From: Chitinophagaceae bacterium
GTDB taxonomy: Bacteria; Bacteroidota; Bacteroidia; Chitinophagales; Chitinophagaceae
Assembly: GCA_028288595.1 (NCBI GenBank)
Contig: JAQBNK010000033.1
Location: 26-64,025, forward strand
Direction of reading: 5' to 3'
Length of the DNA: 64,000 bases
Every line of letters begins with the position of its first letter. Position 1 is the first letter of the stretch. Shown here piece after piece: positions 62,816 to 64,000 of this stretch. The position numbers and the translations under genes were made by a program. The notes beneath the pieces were generated by a model. The model had not been told where the DNA came from, ran no database searches, and saw only the letters and a program-made list of their open reading frames with translations.

Positions 62816-63807
62816 TCTTCATGAACCTTAAATAATATCTGTTTCAGGTTATCGATATGTGTTTTTAAGTCCCCTGCTCTTTCCCTGTGCTCTTCAGCAA
62901 TTCTTGACAGACCCTTCCCCCCTTCTTCATCTGCAATTTTTATTAAGAGGTTTCGTCTTTCTTCCATCATCCGCATAGCCACCCAGAAAGTAGATTCCAG
63001 CGCATCATATTGTTTTTTTAAAAGATCATCCTGCGAATAGGAATGACCCACATGGCATTTGTACCTTTTAAAATTATTGAACTCGTTTATTTGCCAGAGC
63101 CCGCCGCCACAATCAGGACAGGAATACATACTATGAGTTCCCAGCTTACTCACATACTCGATTCCAACGGCTGCTTTTTCGGCGATCTCGGCTTCAATCA
63201 AAAGTTCGGGCGGGGTATTTCCACCTGAAGTTTCTTTATTAGTTACAGTGTTAAATACAACAAAACCAACCTGGGCCAGTGGTATGCAATAGTCTACCTC
63301 AATGTTATTCAAAACAGACAAGGGCATCTCGGGGTATTCCGCTTCATTAGGATCCTGTACGATGGTTGTGCCGCCGCATTTCTTTATCCCTATCATTCCC
63401 GAGGTTCCATCATCTAAAAGACCGGTAAGAATAATACCGATAACCCGGTCGCAATAAGCTGCCGCAGCCGAGCGGAATAAAATATCTATTGAGGGCCGCC
63501 AGCGATTTTCTGTGGCCCCGCTGCCAATCATGATATAATTCTGCTTCACGATCATGTGGTAGCCCGGCGGCGCAATATATATATGCCCGCGTCTTATCGG
63601 TTCATTATCCGTGGCTACGGTGCAGGGAAGCTTTGTAAATCGCTGAAGGGTGCTGCTTAAAAAATCGCCGATCCCTCTTTTAGATAAGTGCAGCACAATA
63701 AAAAATGCCGCATCAATATTTTCATCTATTTGAGTAACGATTTCAGTGAGCGCCTTCAGCCCACCGGCCGAAGCGCCTATCACCACAATAAACTTAGGTT
63801 CACTCAT
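62812..63807 (-). CDS. orphan CheB-like methylesterase with C-terminal Cys-rich (zinc-ribbon-like) and helical extension
   Basis: 331 aa with FIVVIGASAGGLKAL, FFIVLHL and ILTGLLDDGTSG, then CPDCGGGLWQ...YKCHVGHSY. Its stop codon overlaps the stop of the convergent receiver gene by 2 nt. Confidence 0.8.
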   Translation of the reverse strand: MSEPKFIVVIGASAGGLKALTEIVTQIDENIDAAFFIVLHLSKRGIGDFLSSTLQRFTKLPCTVATDNEPIRRGHIYIAPPGYHMIVKQNYIMIGSGATENRWRPSIDILFRSAAAAYCDRVIGIILTGLLDDGTSGMIGIKKCGGTTIVQDPNEAEYPEMPLSVLNNIEVDYCIPLAQVGFVVFNTVTNKETSGGNTPPELLIEAEIAEKAAVGIEYVSKLGTHSMYSCPDCGGGLWQINEFNNFKRYKCHVGHSYSQDDLLKKQYDALESTFWVAMRMMEERRNLLIKIADEEGGKGLSRIAEEHRERAGDLKTHIDNLKQILFKVHED

Positions 63808-63908
63808 AACAAATTAGTAACAGCAAATAATATCCCAAACAAAATCAAAGGGTTTTAAACTGGTATAATTTTTAGTTTGACTATCTTTAAAAGGCAGACC
63901 ACCAGCAC

Positions 63909-64000
63909 ATGAAAGTGAGCGAAAAGATAACGGCGCCAAGCCTTGCAGAGATGCTGAATGATTGCAGCATCGACCGTGTAATGGCGATCGATACAGATAT
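63909..64000 (+). CDS. 5' end of an unidentified ORF running off the window
   Basis: ATG 63909, MKVSEKITAPSLAEMLNDCSIDRVMAIDTD..., open to the window end. It is too short to classify. Confidence 0.25.
   Translation, partial: MKVSEKITAPSLAEMLNDCSIDRVMAIDTD

Overview
64-kb chromosomal window that looks Bacteroidota-like. This taxon call is inference only, based on A-rich start contexts with no Shine-Dalgarno-like leaders, one TAnnTTTG-type -7 box, TspO, a SIMPL protein, a sigma-54/NtrC-type two-component pair and a massive FtsX-permease expansion. All functional calls come from reading motifs in the supplied translations; no homology search was run.

Layout:
(i) 1-9.9 kb: housekeeping and miscellaneous genes. 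These are a thyA fragment, proline dehydrogenase, acyl-CoA thioesterase, an acyltransferase, a SIMPL protein, a HAD phosphatase, DUF3052, rpsA, small conserved proteins and an AraC-type regulator.
(ii) 9.9-54.1 kb: a sensor kinase and sigma-54-dependent response regulator, divergent from a 41-kb co-directional efflux-type super-locus. The locus runs HlyD/MacA-type adaptor, small ORF, ABC ATPase, FOURTEEN tandem intact paralogues of 787-826-aa internally duplicated MacB/FtsX-type permeases (interrupted once by a DUF4097/Toastrack beta-repeat protein), a second ABC ATPase, a TolC-family outer-membrane factor, then a clean intrinsic terminator.
(iii) 54.2-58.1 kb: a nucleotidyltransferase remnant, TspO, an acyl-CoA carboxyltransferase, a lipoprotein and a frameshifted cyclophilin-like gene.
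(iv) 58.3-64 kb: a CheB-CheR-PAS-histidine-kinase megasensor with two single-domain receivers and a convergent orphan CheB-like esterase.

No rRNA, tRNA, CRISPR, transposase or integrase was recognised.

Most notable:
- the 1 adaptor : 2 ATPase : 14 permease : 1 OMF stoichiometry, with invariant cytoplasmic coupling motifs but highly divergent periplasmic domains;
- a conserved palindromic element present exactly at the three long gaps that precede module starts;
- a terminator-like leader hairpin with an overlapping 14-codon uORF in front of the adaptor gene;
- intergenic spacers throughout the window built from phased 7-8-nt words, including (A/G)ATGAG(T/G) heptamer runs that begin in the permease stop codon.
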